NCBI GenBank assembly: GCA_965216465.1
Contig: CBDCFW010000003.1
Span: forward strand, 256,001-320,000
DNA from: Bacteroidia bacterium
GTDB taxonomy: Bacteria; Bacteroidota; Bacteroidia; NS11-12g; UBA9320
DNA: 64,000 nucleotides
Reading direction: 5' to 3'
The notes under the pieces were generated by a model. It was not told where the DNA came from. It searched no databases and saw only the letters and a list, made by a program, of their open reading frames with translations. A program made the translations under genes and the position numbers. The first letter of the stretch is position 1; the number at the start of each line of letters is the position of its first letter. Positions 1-10,647 of the stretch are shown piece after piece.

Positions 1-27
1 AAATAGCTTTGCCCCAATTTTAATCAT

Positions 28-1080
28 ATGTCAAAAGTACACAACTTTTCAGCCGGACCAGCAATTCTACCTCAGGAGGTAATTGATAACTGTGCTTCTG
101 CAGTTCAGAATTTTAATGGATCCAATCTATCTTTAATTGAAGTGTCTCACAGAGGCAAAGATTTTGTTGAAGTAATGGACGAAGCTCGAAGCTTGGTTAA
201 AAAAATCATGAAGCTTGGAGACGACTACGAAGTGCTTTATCTTCAAGGTGGAGCGAGCACCCAGTTTCTAATGGTAGCAATGAATCTTTTAGAAACGAAA
301 GCTGCATATACCAACACAGGTACTTGGGCAGGAAAGGCAATAAAAGAGGCGGACTACTGCGGTCAAGTAGATGTGCTCGCTAGCTCAAAAGATGCTAATT
401 TCAATTACATCCCGAAAGATTACAGCATTGCTGATGACTACGACTATTTTCACTGTACATCTAACAACACCATATTTGGTACGCAAATGAAGTCGTTCCC
501 TGAAACGAATGTGCCTTTAGTATGTGATATGAGTTCAGATATATTCAGTAGAGAATTAGACTTTTCTAAGTTCGATTTGATTTATGCTGGAGCTCAGAAA
601 AACATGGGACCTGCCGGAACGACATTAGTAGTGATTAAAAAAGACATTCTTGGAAAAGTAACACGAAGAATTCCAACTATGTTAAACTATCAAACACATA
701 TTGATAAAGATTCAATGTTTAATACTCCATCTGTTTTTGCAGTATATGGATGCATGCAAACATTAAGATGGATTGATAAACAAGGCCTTGCTGAAATTGA
801 AAGAATCAACGAAGCGAAAGGAGCTCTTCTTTATAATGAAATTGATAATAATGAGTTGTTTAAAGGTACAACTGCTATCGAAGATCGTTCGCTGATGAAT
901 GTCACTTTTGTTTTAAAGGATGATTCATTAAACGATAAATTCTTTAAGGCTGCTACTGAAGCAAATATCAGTGGAATTAAAGGACACCGTTCTGTTGGAG
1001 GTTTTAGAGCAAGCACGTATAACGCTCTAGGCCAAGACAGCATTGAAGCTCTTGTTAATGTAATGCAAACGTTTAATTAA
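28..1080 (+). CDS. serC: Phosphoserine aminotransferase
   Basis: HNFSAGPA start, YAGAQKNMGPAG PLP-lysine motif, GHRSVGGFRAS C-terminus. Confidence 0.96.
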   Translation: MSKVHNFSAGPAILPQEVIDNCASAVQNFNGSNLSLIEVSHRGKDFVEVMDEARSLVKKIMKLGDDYEVLYLQGGASTQFLMVAMNLLETKAAYTNTGTWAGKAIKEADYCGQVDVLASSKDANFNYIPKDYSIADDYDYFHCTSNNTIFGTQMKSFPETNVPLVCDMSSDIFSRELDFSKFDLIYAGAQKNMGPAGTTLVVIKKDILGKVTRRIPTMLNYQTHIDKDSMFNTPSVFAVYGCMQTLRWIDKQGLAEIERINEAKGALLYNEIDNNELFKGTTAIEDRSLMNVTFVLKDDSLNDKFFKAATEANISGIKGHRSVGGFRASTYNALGQDSIEALVNVMQTFN

Positions 1081-1088
1081 CTCGTAAC

Positions 1089-2042
1089 ATGAAAATATTA
1101 ATAAACGACGGTCTACATCAAGCTGGTCAAGACTTATTAGCTCAAGCCGGATTTGAATTGGATTTGAATACCATTCCACAAGACGAATTGGTAAATAAAT
1201 TGAATGACTACGACGCTATATTGGTTCGTAGTGCAACTAAAGTACGTCAAGAACATATAGACGCAGCCCCTAACTTAAAGTTGATTGGTAGAGGTGGAGT
1301 TGGACTTGATAATATTGATGTCGATTATGCCAAATCAAAAGGAGTGGCTGTACTAAATACTCCTGCTGCATCTTCACGATCAGTTGCTGAATTGGCAATG
1401 GCTCACTTGTTTTCAATCGTTCGATTTTTGCCAATGGTAAACAAGAAAATGGCCGTTGACGGAATTTCAGATTTCAAAACATTAAAGAAAACAGCTTCAA
1501 AGGGAATAGAGCTTAAAGGTAAGACACTTGGTTTAATCGGATTTGGAAGAATAGGAAAAGAAACAGCTTCTATCGCTCTTGGATGCGGAATGAAGATTAT
1601 GGCTTTTGATCCCTACCTGTCTAGCGGTGAAGTTAAGTTAAATCTTCATCCTGAGTACGACAATAATTACTCGATTCATATCGATACAGTTTCTAAAATA
1701 GATTTATTGAAACATGCAGACTTTATCAGCTTGCATATTCCAGGTGGCCAAGGCTACATCTTAGATACAGTAGATTTCAATATGATGAAAGAAGGAGTTG
1801 GTATTGTAAACTGTGCTCGCGGTGGGACTATTAATGAGAAGGCTTTAGTTGCTGCAATAGAATCTGGAAAGGTTAAATATGCTGCAACTGACGTTTTCGA
1901 ATCTGAACCTCCGGTAGACGAAGCAATTTTAAGAATTGACGAAGTTGGTTTAAGTCCACACATTGGTGCATCGACAAAAGAAGCTCAAGAAAGAGTGGGA
2001 GTTGAGCTAGCTGAGCAAATTATTGAGTACTTCGATAAGTAA
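1089..2042 (+). CDS. serA: D-3-phosphoglycerate / D-2-hydroxyacid dehydrogenase (short SerA type)
   Basis: GVGLDNID, GLIGFGRIG NAD motif, NCARGG, SPHIGAST; follows serC. Confidence 0.85.
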   Translation: MKILINDGLHQAGQDLLAQAGFELDLNTIPQDELVNKLNDYDAILVRSATKVRQEHIDAAPNLKLIGRGGVGLDNIDVDYAKSKGVAVLNTPAASSRSVAELAMAHLFSIVRFLPMVNKKMAVDGISDFKTLKKTASKGIELKGKTLGLIGFGRIGKETASIALGCGMKIMAFDPYLSSGEVKLNLHPEYDNNYSIHIDTVSKIDLLKHADFISLHIPGGQGYILDTVDFNMMKEGVGIVNCARGGTINEKALVAAIESGKVKYAATDVFESEPPVDEAILRIDEVGLSPHIGASTKEAQERVGVELAEQIIEYFDK

Positions 2043-3226
2043 TGCCAAAGGTATTTCCATTCAAGGCCTTGCGGCCAATGCCTGAGTATGCCAGTAAGGT
2101 TTCTGCACGATCTTCAGATTTCAGCAATCAAAACCTTTTGGCAGAGGAGATTCGGACTAATCCGTTCACCTTTCATCATGTGACTAAAAATCACTTGAAT
2201 TATAGCGGTGCATTTCAAGAACCCGAAAAGTTCTTGCCCTTTGCAGCTCGCTTTGTTCAAGAAATGAAGGAGAAAGAAATCTTAATTACTGACGAAAAAG
2301 ATAGCTTTTACCTATACGAACAAATTAATCCAAAGGGTAGACACATAAAAGGTGTTATAGGTCTTTGTAGTGTTGATGACCTAAGAAATGATGTTATTAA
2401 AAAGCACGAAGAGATACGACCGAGCAGATTAAAATTTCTAGTAGAGCTGTTTAAGACAACAAAGGTAATGGGAGAACCAACCTTACTAGCTCACGCGGAG
2501 CCACTTGTTTTTGATGATAGTAAAGCTGTGGTTGTAAGTTCGTTTACTTCAATTGATGGTAAACATCACGAAATTAAGAGGATTGACGATGATGAGGTTG
2601 TTGCAGATATTAAACGTCAATACGACGAAATGAACGCCTTTTATATTGCAGATGGTCATCACCGCTCTGCATCTATAGAAGAATTCAACAACCAATATCC
2701 GACCTTACATAATGACAAGAGTCTAAGTCTTATCTTGCAAGAAGACGAACTTGGAATAAAACCTTTTCACAGACTGATAAAGCCGGTACTTCCAGTTGAT
2801 CACGTAGAATTGCTAGATCAACTGTCTGCAAGGTTTGTTATAACAAAGCTCGATGATCACCTGTATGACCCGGAACAGAAACACGATTTTGGTTTGTACA
2901 TGGATAAACAGTGGTATAAGCTGGTTTCTAAAGAAAAATCAGATCGAATGGATATGGAGATTTTAGAGGATGATGTCGTACGTGAAATTTTCAAAATTGC
3001 CGATAGCCGTACAGATTCTCAAATTTCGTTTCATCCCTATGGTGCGGGATTAACGAGCCTAGTAAATCTAGTAGATTCAGGAACTTTCGATATTGCTTTC
3101 ACTAGTAAGGCTTGCAATTTTAGAGAAGTGCGAAAGGTTTCAGATGAACATCACACACTTCCTGCAAAGTCAACATACATAGAGCCTAAGCTCAGAGCGG
3201 GTATGATCATACAAGAATTCTATTAA
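2042..3226 (+). CDS. DUF1015 family protein
   Basis: YIADGHHRSA motif, KSTYIEPKL; usual serC-serA-DUF1015 operon. Confidence 0.85.
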   Translation: MPKVFPFKALRPMPEYASKVSARSSDFSNQNLLAEEIRTNPFTFHHVTKNHLNYSGAFQEPEKFLPFAARFVQEMKEKEILITDEKDSFYLYEQINPKGRHIKGVIGLCSVDDLRNDVIKKHEEIRPSRLKFLVELFKTTKVMGEPTLLAHAEPLVFDDSKAVVVSSFTSIDGKHHEIKRIDDDEVVADIKRQYDEMNAFYIADGHHRSASIEEFNNQYPTLHNDKSLSLILQEDELGIKPFHRLIKPVLPVDHVELLDQLSARFVITKLDDHLYDPEQKHDFGLYMDKQWYKLVSKEKSDRMDMEILEDDVVREIFKIADSRTDSQISFHPYGAGLTSLVNLVDSGTFDIAFTSKACNFREVRKVSDEHHTLPAKSTYIEPKLRAGMIIQEFY

Positions 3227-3227
3227 C

Positions 3228-3260
3228 AAAAAAAATCCCGCGAAGAGCGGGATTTTTTTT
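3228..3260. terminator. Bidirectional intrinsic terminator
   Basis: AAAAAAAATCCCGC-gaaga-GCGGGATTTTTTTT between convergent genes. Confidence 0.85.
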
Positions 3261-3276
3261 AATCTCATTTTTATGT

Positions 3277-3813
3277 TTAAGCCAAAGCGAACTTGCGTTG
3301 AGTAGCTAAGGTATATACGCCGTATATAGCAACACTGAATACAAGCTGACTTACTAAAGTTGCTCTAAAGAATGGAATACCAGCATCCATACAAGCGATT
3401 AAACCGCTAAAGGTTTTAGGATACATTTCAAGATACATCCATGCACCAAAGTTAGAAATCAAGAAGAATACAGCTGCAGCTCCAAGGCTTCCACCAATTA
3501 CGTTTAGAAGTGAAGGTTTCTTCGCTAAAAGCATTCCCAAACCTATAATCGCTGCAAATGCTAGATATACCATAAGAAATCCTGAAGAGAATAAGTAGCT
3601 GGCAGCGTCAGGGGAGGTAGAGGCTAATAATAAGTCACCAAAGAACAAAGCTCCTAAAGGAATTGCAAAAGCAATAGCTCTTCTTCCAAATAACAAGCCG
3701 CCCATCAGAGCAATAGCTCCAACAGGATTAAAATTCTCAATCGGAATTACCATTCTTAAAGTTACCAATGCTACAAACAGAAGGGTAAGGATAATTATTT
3801 CGCTTTTTTTCAT
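3277..3813 (-). CDS. DUF6580-like membrane transport protein
   Basis: Multi-TM; NFNPVGAIAL, FFLISNFG, GIPFFR motifs. Confidence 0.7.
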   Translation of the reverse strand: MKKSEIIILTLLFVALVTLRMVIPIENFNPVGAIALMGGLLFGRRAIAFAIPLGALFFGDLLLASTSPDAASYLFSSGFLMVYLAFAAIIGLGMLLAKKPSLLNVIGGSLGAAAVFFLISNFGAWMYLEMYPKTFSGLIACMDAGIPFFRATLVSQLVFSVAIYGVYTLATQRKFALA

Positions 3814-3990
3814 TGAATTCGTATTGTTTCAACAAAGGTAAAAATCTTTTCATCTGATGAAAGTACGACATACTGACAGGTTGTTAATAAATGTTAAAAC
3901 ATCAACATTTAAACGCTAGTAGTCAGGGCGTTATACCTTTAATCGAAACCTAATTAAAACTTAAAAAATATATTTCATCCCATCAATGTT

Positions 3991-4035
3991 TAACAAATGT
4001 TAATTTAACAAATGTTAACTCTTTTACATTTGTAA
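3991..4035. promoter_or_regulatory. Operator-like palindromic repeats upstream of HTH gene
   Basis: TAACAAATGTTA at 3991 and 4006, TTACATTTGTAA at 4024. Confidence 0.6.
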
Positions 4036-4044
4036 ACAATTGTA

Positions 4045-4392
4045 ATGAGTATCAATTCAAGGGTAGAGTCTCTAATTAAAAAGGTAGCTTCAACGAAGGC
4101 TAGCTTTTCTCAAGCTACGGGTATTAGCTCAGTAATTCTTTCGCACATAAGTTCAGGAAGAAATAAGGTGAGTTTGACTGCAGTTGAGCAAATTCTAAAA
4201 GCGTATCCAAGTGTAAACGCAGAATGGTTGATTTTAGGAAAAGGATCGATGTTTAAAGATGCCTTAAATCCAGACCTAATTAATGAGCTGCAGTCAACGA
4301 TAAAAGATCTTGAATCGGAATTAGACCAATCGGTTAAGTCTTTTAAAGGTAAAATTGATGCGCTGAGTGAGCAATTGAGGGAGCACCAATAG
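4045..4392 (+). CDS. XRE/Cro-type HTH regulator with C-terminal coiled coil
   Basis: SFSQATGISSVILSHISSGRNKVS helix-turn-helix, VNAEWLILGKGSM. Confidence 0.85.
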   Translation: MSINSRVESLIKKVASTKASFSQATGISSVILSHISSGRNKVSLTAVEQILKAYPSVNAEWLILGKGSMFKDALNPDLINELQSTIKDLESELDQSVKSFKGKIDALSEQLREHQ

Positions 4393-4418
4393 CACATCAG
4401 GCCCGAATCTGCTTCGAA

Positions 4419-7400
4419 TTGACTATATTGCGGCTGCTAAATATGAGAAGTATTACTACTGTAATTTTAAGCCTTTGCGTTCTTGCAGGCTTTTCAATTC
4501 AAAATCCCAACATAAAATTAATAAAAGACCACATTAAATTGCAGGTTAAGAATGTTGATTCTGAACTTACATTTGAAATCACATCAGAAGTGCCTGGATC
4601 TAATGGTGTAGTACACTACTACGGAAATCAAACATACAGCGGACTACATATTCACAAGGCTACTTTTAATGCCAGTATCAAGAATAGTCAGGTTGTTAAT
4701 TTTCATCAAGCCTTTGTTACAAACCCCGAGTCGAGGGTGAAATCTGAAACTTTCAACTTAAAGCCACTTCAAGCACTTCAACGACTTGTTGCTGATTATC
4801 AATTAGATGAGAAGCTTATGGTAGAAATGGCTTCAGATGAGTTTATGTATTGGGATGTCGACTTATCTGATGAAGTGGTTAAGATTTACAAGCGTTGGTA
4901 TTTAAAAGAAAACCAGTTAATTCCAGTTTATGAAATTTCATTATATGAAATTGATCATGAACATTGGTACAGCACGCGTTTAGATGCCTCTACAGGAGAA
5001 ATCTTAGACCGCAACGATTGGGTTGTACACTGCAACTTAGAAGGAAGTCACAGCGTTTTACGTAATGCATTACCTGAGGTGAACGAGACTAACCAAGTAA
5101 ATAAAGTGGATGGAACGGCTAGCTATCGAGTGTTTGCCATGCCTCTTGAAAGCCCACGCCATGGAAATAGAACTATTGAGGTCGATCCTGATGATGCCGA
5201 CGCATCTCCATACGGATGGCATGATACCGATGGGAGTGATGGTGCTGAGTTTACCATTACAAGAGGAAACAATGTTTTTGCACGAGATGACAAAGACGGA
5301 AACAATTCGGGCGGTTCTAGCCCAGATGGAGGAAGCACCTTAACATTTAATGATAGTTTTGATATAAATCAAAGTGCTGCACTATTTACAGATGCTGCAA
5401 TTACCAATTTATTCTATTGGAATAACATCATGCACGACGTTTGGTGGCATTATGGTTTTGATGAGGCCTCAGGAAACTTTCAGGCCAATAATTATGGTAA
5501 TGGAGGTCGACAAAATGATTTTGTTCGTGCAGATGCCCAAGATGGTTCTGGAACGAACAATGCAAACTTTGCTACTCCTCCAGATGGCTCAAACCCAAGA
5601 ATGCAGATGTACTTATGGGGAAGTTCTTCGTCTTCGGATTATTTCCAAGTAAACGCACCACAGTCTGCTGCGGGCAAGTATGGGGCTAAAAGAGCTGCTT
5701 TTGGACCAAACCTAAGTACAACACCAATCACAGAGGATTTAGTTTTGGTTGATGACGGAACGGGCGTTACTCAAGATGGATGCGAAACAATTACCAATAC
5801 CACAGAAATTAGCGGTAAAATAGCAATGGTACAGCGAGGGTCTTGTCCATTCGTTCAGAAAGTTAAAAATGCCCAAAATGCAGGTGCCATTGGTGTTGTG
5901 GTTTACAATAATCAAACCGCCACAGTAACGGCAATGGGTGGTTCTGATGCTACAATAACCATTCCTTCAGTCTTTATAGAAAAGAATAATGGAGATTATA
6001 TCAGCGGACTTCTAGGCTCTGAAACAGTGAACGTTTCGTTGTACGATTCTTCGTTTTCAGATCCAAGTATAAAGGATAGTGACTTTGATAATGGAGTTAT
6101 TGCTCATGAATACGGACACGGAATTTCAAATCGATTAACCGGAGGACCTTTGGCAGCCGGTTGCCTTACCAATCAAGAACAGATGGGTGAAGGTTGGAGT
6201 GACTTCTTTTCGCTTGTAATGACGCATGAACCAGGTGACCAAGGAGCTGACAAAAGAGGAATAGGAACTTACGTAAGAGGCCAAGGCGTAAATGGTAATG
6301 GTATTCGACCTCATCCATACTCTACAAGCTTAGCCATCAGTCCTTACAATTATGATGATGTGAAGACATTCTCAGTGCCTCACGGTGTTGGAAGTGTTTG
6401 GTGTTCAATGCTTTGGGATATGTATTGGGCCATGATTGACGAACATGGTTACGATTCAGACATATACAACGGTACTGGAGGAAACAATATGGCTATGCAA
6501 CTTGTAATCGACGGAATGAAATTGCAACCTTGTAATCCAGGCTTTGTGGATGGTAGAGACGCAATTATTCTAGCTGATAAGTTGAATAACAATGGACAAA
6601 ATGAGCGGTTAATTTGGGAAGTGTTTGCAAGACGCGGATTGGGTTATGATGCTGATCAAGGGTCTACGTACGATCGTGGTGACGGTACAGAAGATTACTC
6701 GATGCCACCTTATTTAACCGATGAGCTAATAATAACGAAAACAGCAGTACTTGAATCTAAGAACGATTCTGCTCTGACCTATACAATCAAAGCAATCAAT
6801 TCTACTTTAAATACAATTTATAATGTTGAGTTAATTGACACCTTAGACCAAGCGGTATTGCTTAACGAAGGTTCTATTGGCTGTAATTCAAGCTATGACG
6901 ATATTAGTTCAACACTTGTTTTCTATCTGGATTCGATTGTTGCAGGAGACACCTTTGTATGTTTATTTTCGGTAATACCACAGTTTGAGACCAGCACAAA
7001 AGTTCTTATGACTGAAGATTTTGAATCAGGTGATGGCGGATGGGCTTCTGAGTTTTTATCAGGACGCTCTTCTTGGGTAAGATCTCAGGCTAATCCCAAC
7101 AGTGGAGATTATAGCTGGTATGCCGAGGAAGGAACTAGTATTACCGATTTCGGTCTGGTGAACAAAATAATGATTACCGACAGTCACGGTATACTTGGAT
7201 TCAGTCATTGGTATGATACCGAGTCTGGATGGGATGGAGGTGTGATTGAAATTCGTACACCGACAACCGATTGGGAAGATGCAGGCCCTTATTTCTATAT
7301 GAATGGCTACAATGGGGTAATTGGCCAGAATCAATGGGCTCTACTATCAGGAAGACCAGCATTTACTGGAAACAGTGGTGGGTATATTAATTCTAAGCTA

Positions 7401-7862
7401 GATGTTAGTGATTTTGTTGGTGAAGAGCTTGAAGTTCGGTTCAGATTTTCTTGCGACTCAGGAACAGCAGGAAATGGCTGGTACATTGATGACATTATCT
7501 TAGAAACAGGCTTTTTAGTAGAGAATAAGCTAAATGCCTCTTACGACCCCAATAAAGAAGACGAGGTCGGAGTTGTTACCTACATCTTTGGTGATGCTTA
7601 CGTTCCAAATGTGTCAATTAAAACGTTTAAAGCACATCAATTGAACATCTATCCAAATCCGACATCCGATAAAATCACGATCGAATCGAGCATTGAGAAA
7701 TCATACAATGTTGAAATTCTTGATGCCAATGGTCGATTAGTCTTTGGCGATAAATTTGAAAACACGACAACTATTGACGTTGAATCGTGGGCTACAGGAG
7801 TTTATTTGATTAAACTAGAAAACGAGAACGAAATCGTTCAAGGGAAATTTATTAAGAAGTAA
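4419..7862 (+). CDS. T9SS-secreted M36 (fungalysin) metallopeptidase with PA domain
   Basis: AHEYGHGISNRL zinc motif, MGEGWSD, PA domain (RGSCPFVQKVKNAQNAGA), IYPNP T9SS CTD; start probably ATG 4443. Confidence 0.9.
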   Translation: MTILRLLNMRSITTVILSLCVLAGFSIQNPNIKLIKDHIKLQVKNVDSELTFEITSEVPGSNGVVHYYGNQTYSGLHIHKATFNASIKNSQVVNFHQAFVTNPESRVKSETFNLKPLQALQRLVADYQLDEKLMVEMASDEFMYWDVDLSDEVVKIYKRWYLKENQLIPVYEISLYEIDHEHWYSTRLDASTGEILDRNDWVVHCNLEGSHSVLRNALPEVNETNQVNKVDGTASYRVFAMPLESPRHGNRTIEVDPDDADASPYGWHDTDGSDGAEFTITRGNNVFARDDKDGNNSGGSSPDGGSTLTFNDSFDINQSAALFTDAAITNLFYWNNIMHDVWWHYGFDEASGNFQANNYGNGGRQNDFVRADAQDGSGTNNANFATPPDGSNPRMQMYLWGSSSSSDYFQVNAPQSAAGKYGAKRAAFGPNLSTTPITEDLVLVDDGTGVTQDGCETITNTTEISGKIAMVQRGSCPFVQKVKNAQNAGAIGVVVYNNQTATVTAMGGSDATITIPSVFIEKNNGDYISGLLGSETVNVSLYDSSFSDPSIKDSDFDNGVIAHEYGHGISNRLTGGPLAAGCLTNQEQMGEGWSDFFSLVMTHEPGDQGADKRGIGTYVRGQGVNGNGIRPHPYSTSLAISPYNYDDVKTFSVPHGVGSVWCSMLWDMYWAMIDEHGYDSDIYNGTGGNNMAMQLVIDGMKLQPCNPGFVDGRDAIILADKLNNNGQNERLIWEVFARRGLGYDADQGSTYDRGDGTEDYSMPPYLTDELIITKTAVLESKNDSALTYTIKAINSTLNTIYNVELIDTLDQAVLLNEGSIGCNSSYDDISSTLVFYLDSIVAGDTFVCLFSVIPQFETSTKVLMTEDFESGDGGWASEFLSGRSSWVRSQANPNSGDYSWYAEEGTSITDFGLVNKIMITDSHGILGFSHWYDTESGWDGGVIEIRTPTTDWEDAGPYFYMNGYNGVIGQNQWALLSGRPAFTGNSGGYINSKLDVSDFVGEELEVRFRFSCDSGTAGNGWYIDDIILETGFLVENKLNASYDPNKEDEVGVVTYIFGDAYVPNVSIKTFKAHQLNIYPNPTSDKITIESSIEKSYNVEILDANGRLVFGDKFENTTTIDVESWATGVYLIKLENENEIVQGKFIKK

Positions 7863-7902
7863 AAAGAATTTTGAACTACGAGAGGGTAATGCTGATTTAG
7901 CT

Positions 7903-8493
7903 TTATCCTCTCGAGTTAATTTCATCACGAATTAGAGCTGCACGATCGTAATCTTCGATTTGAATCGCTTTTTCCAATTCTTTATTAAGTTCATTTAATG
8001 AAAGTGACTGTAAGTCATTTTTAGAACTCTTAACTTTTGGTTCTTTGATGTGCTCTGGCTGATCGTGATCTTGAGTTTCTTTCTCGTAAATTATTCCAGC
8101 ATCATCAAGGATGTTCTTATAAGTATAAATCGGGCAGTTTGCACGTAAAGCCAAAGCAATAGCATCGGATGTTCTCGAATCAAGCTCGTTAACAATTCCG
8201 TTTTGCTCAGTTATAAGCTTAGCATAGAAAACACCTTCCTTTAGATTGTCGATAATAACCTCTTGAAGCAAAATCTCATACTTCGAGAATGCATCGTGCA
8301 TAAGGTCATGCGTAAGCGGTCGTTGAGGTTTAAGACCTTCAATAACCAATGCAATAGACTGAGCTTCGTATGATCCAATAACAACAGGTAGCTTTAGTTC
8401 GCCATCGACCTCTCCAAGAATTAGCGTATAACTGTTCTTTTGAGAATGACCGGTAGTCAACCCGATGATGTTTAATTGAATCTTTTCAGCCAT
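7903..8493 (-). CDS. Bifunctional nuclease (DUF151) with UvrB/UvrC motif
   Basis: RPLTHDL, DSRTSDAIALA, C-terminal EDYDRAALIRDE. Confidence 0.9.
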   Translation of the reverse strand: MAEKIQLNIIGLTTGHSQKNSYTLILGEVDGELKLPVVIGSYEAQSIALVIEGLKPQRPLTHDLMHDAFSKYEILLQEVIIDNLKEGVFYAKLITEQNGIVNELDSRTSDAIALALRANCPIYTYKNILDDAGIIYEKETQDHDQPEHIKEPKVKSSKNDLQSLSLNELNKELEKAIQIEDYDRAALIRDEINSRG

Positions 8494-9458
8494 TAAGCAA
8501 GTCCTTTAATCTCTTTCGCTCTTTTAATTAATCGAGGTACAACCTCAAATGCGTCACCAATAATTCCATAATCAGCTGCTTTAAAGAAAGGAGCTTCTGG
8601 ATCGGTATTAATCACACAAATAACCTTGCTGCTACCAACACCAGCTAGGTGTTGAATTGCTCCTGATATTCCTACGGCAATATACAGATTCGGCTTAATG
8701 GTGATACCGGTTTGTCCTACGTGTTCGTTATGTGGTCTCCAGTCCATATCACTAACAGGTTTAGAACAAGCGGTAGCTGCTCCAAGAATATCTGCTAATT
8801 CTTCTATCATTCCCCAGTTTTCAGGACCTTTCATCCCTCTACCTGCAGAAACAACCAGTTCAGCTTCCGTTAAAACAACTTTGCCAGTTACTTTATTTAC
8901 TGAATCGACCGTGGTATTAACATCACTATCAGAAACGCTAGTGCTGCCAGCAGATTGACCTGCATCAGCGCCACCTTCGTTGATTTGGTACGAGTTAGGA
9001 ACCAAAGTTAAGACTCTCTTATCGTGGTTTACATTAACAGTTGAATATGCTTTACTGGAGAAGCAAGTCTTTTTAAGCTTAAATCCTCCGTCAGTATCAA
9101 CCATATCAATAACTCCGGTCACCAAAGCTGCATTAGCCTTAACTGCTAACAAAGGAGCGGTTGACTTCCCAACGTAAGTTTGAGAAATTACAACTGTATC
9201 TGCACTTGAGCTCGCTGCAATTTCACTTAATGCTTTTGCATAGGCCTGAGGATTGAACGTTCCAAATACATCACCTGTTACGTTTACTTCTTCGTCAGCA
9301 CCATATTTACCCAAGTTTTCGCTTCCTTTTTCGCCAATAGTAACTGCAACACAGTTAGTTCCAAGCTTGGTTGCTAGATCTTTTCCATAGCTAACCGCTT
9401 CAAAACTTGATTTTTTATATACTCCGTTATCGCTTTCCGCGAATACCAATACTGCCAT
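8493..9458 (-). CDS. etfA: Electron transfer flavoprotein alpha subunit
   Basis: VGQTG, LYIAVGISGAIQHLAG, INTDPEAPFF. Confidence 0.95.
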   Translation of the reverse strand: MAVLVFAESDNGVYKKSSFEAVSYGKDLATKLGTNCVAVTIGEKGSENLGKYGADEEVNVTGDVFGTFNPQAYAKALSEIAASSSADTVVISQTYVGKSTAPLLAVKANAALVTGVIDMVDTDGGFKLKKTCFSSKAYSTVNVNHDKRVLTLVPNSYQINEGGADAGQSAGSTSVSDSDVNTTVDSVNKVTGKVVLTEAELVVSAGRGMKGPENWGMIEELADILGAATACSKPVSDMDWRPHNEHVGQTGITIKPNLYIAVGISGAIQHLAGVGSSKVICVINTDPEAPFFKAADYGIIGDAFEVVPRLIKRAKEIKGLA

Positions 9459-9464
9459 TTCTAA

Positions 9465-10202
9465 TTAAAATAATTTGTTTTCGTTGTGTAAGAGATCCAT
9501 TAATTCTTCCGCATTGTCAGCATCGATCATGCGAACTCCACTTTTAACTGGAGGAAGTTCATATTGAACATAAGAGGTGTAGTTGTACTGATCAAGAGCA
9601 GGAACTACATTTAATGGCTTTGAACGGGCCATCATAATTCCACGCATATTAGGAATGCGAGGCTCGCATAAATCCTTTTGAGCACTTACAACACATGGTA
9701 AGCCACTTGAAACAGTTTCTCTACCACCATCAATATCGCGGGTGGCTGTAACTTTATCGCCTTCTACATCAAGTTCCATGGCAACATTAATCAATGGACA
9801 TCCCATCATTTCTGCTACTAATCCTGCAACTTGACCACCATTATAATCAATAGACTCTCTTCCTGTTAGAACCAGGTCGTAGCCTCCAGCTTTAGCTTGT
9901 TCTGCAATTTGAGCTGCAACGAACATACCATCAGCAGGAGCGGCATCCACACGGATTGCATCTGCTGCACCAATAGCTAGAGCTTTTCTAATTACGGGTT
10001 CTGCATCAGCACCACCAACAGTAATTACGCTTACGCTACCGCCATTCTTTTCTGTGATTTCCAACGCTCGAGTTAGCGCTAATTCATCATAAGGATTTAT
10101 TATAAACTGAACACCAGCCGTGTTAAACTTAGTGTCGTTATCAGTAAATGTTATCTTAGTTGTGGTATCAGGAACCACACTTACACAAACTAATATCTTC
10201 AT
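9465..10202 (-). CDS. etfB: Electron transfer flavoprotein beta subunit
   Basis: INPYDELAL, GRESIDYNGGQV, EPRIPNMRGIM. Confidence 0.95.
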   Translation of the reverse strand: MKILVCVSVVPDTTTKITFTDNDTKFNTAGVQFIINPYDELALTRALEITEKNGGSVSVITVGGADAEPVIRKALAIGAADAIRVDAAPADGMFVAAQIAEQAKAGGYDLVLTGRESIDYNGGQVAGLVAEMMGCPLINVAMELDVEGDKVTATRDIDGGRETVSSGLPCVVSAQKDLCEPRIPNMRGIMMARSKPLNVVPALDQYNYTSYVQYELPPVKSGVRMIDADNAEELMDLLHNENKLF

Positions 10203-10257
10203 TCAAAAAAATTGTATTAAAATTGAGGTGCAAAAGTACAATTATTAGCTGAAGATT

Positions 10258-10578
10258 ATGGCAAGTTTGGAGAGAATCGAACAGATTAAAAACTTTTTAT
10301 CGCAAACACCCGACGATGCCTTTCTTAAATATGCTCTTGCCATAGAGTATGTTGGCCTGCAAGACGACGATTCTGCACTTTCTATTTTTAAAGAATTAAT
10401 CCACAGTACTCCTAATTATTTTGCAACTTACTATCACCTCGCCAAGCTTTATGAAAGGCAAGACCATGAAGAATTGGCTATATCAACATACGAGGAAGGC
10501 ATGAAAATAACACAGCAACTTGGAGAACGTCATGCATATGGTGAGTTGCGTAGTGCTCTTGAAGAATTGACTTTTTAA
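10258..10578 (+). CDS. Small TPR protein
   Basis: PDDAFLKYALA, YFATYYHLAKLYE TPR-like helices. Confidence 0.8.
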   Translation: MASLERIEQIKNFLSQTPDDAFLKYALAIEYVGLQDDDSALSIFKELIHSTPNYFATYYHLAKLYERQDHEELAISTYEEGMKITQQLGERHAYGELRSALEELTF

Positions 10579-10647
10579 ATATTTTTTTGTCGATTATAAC
10601 AATTTAAGGCAACCTATTTCTGTTTTAAGGGTCTAATAAATATAGAC

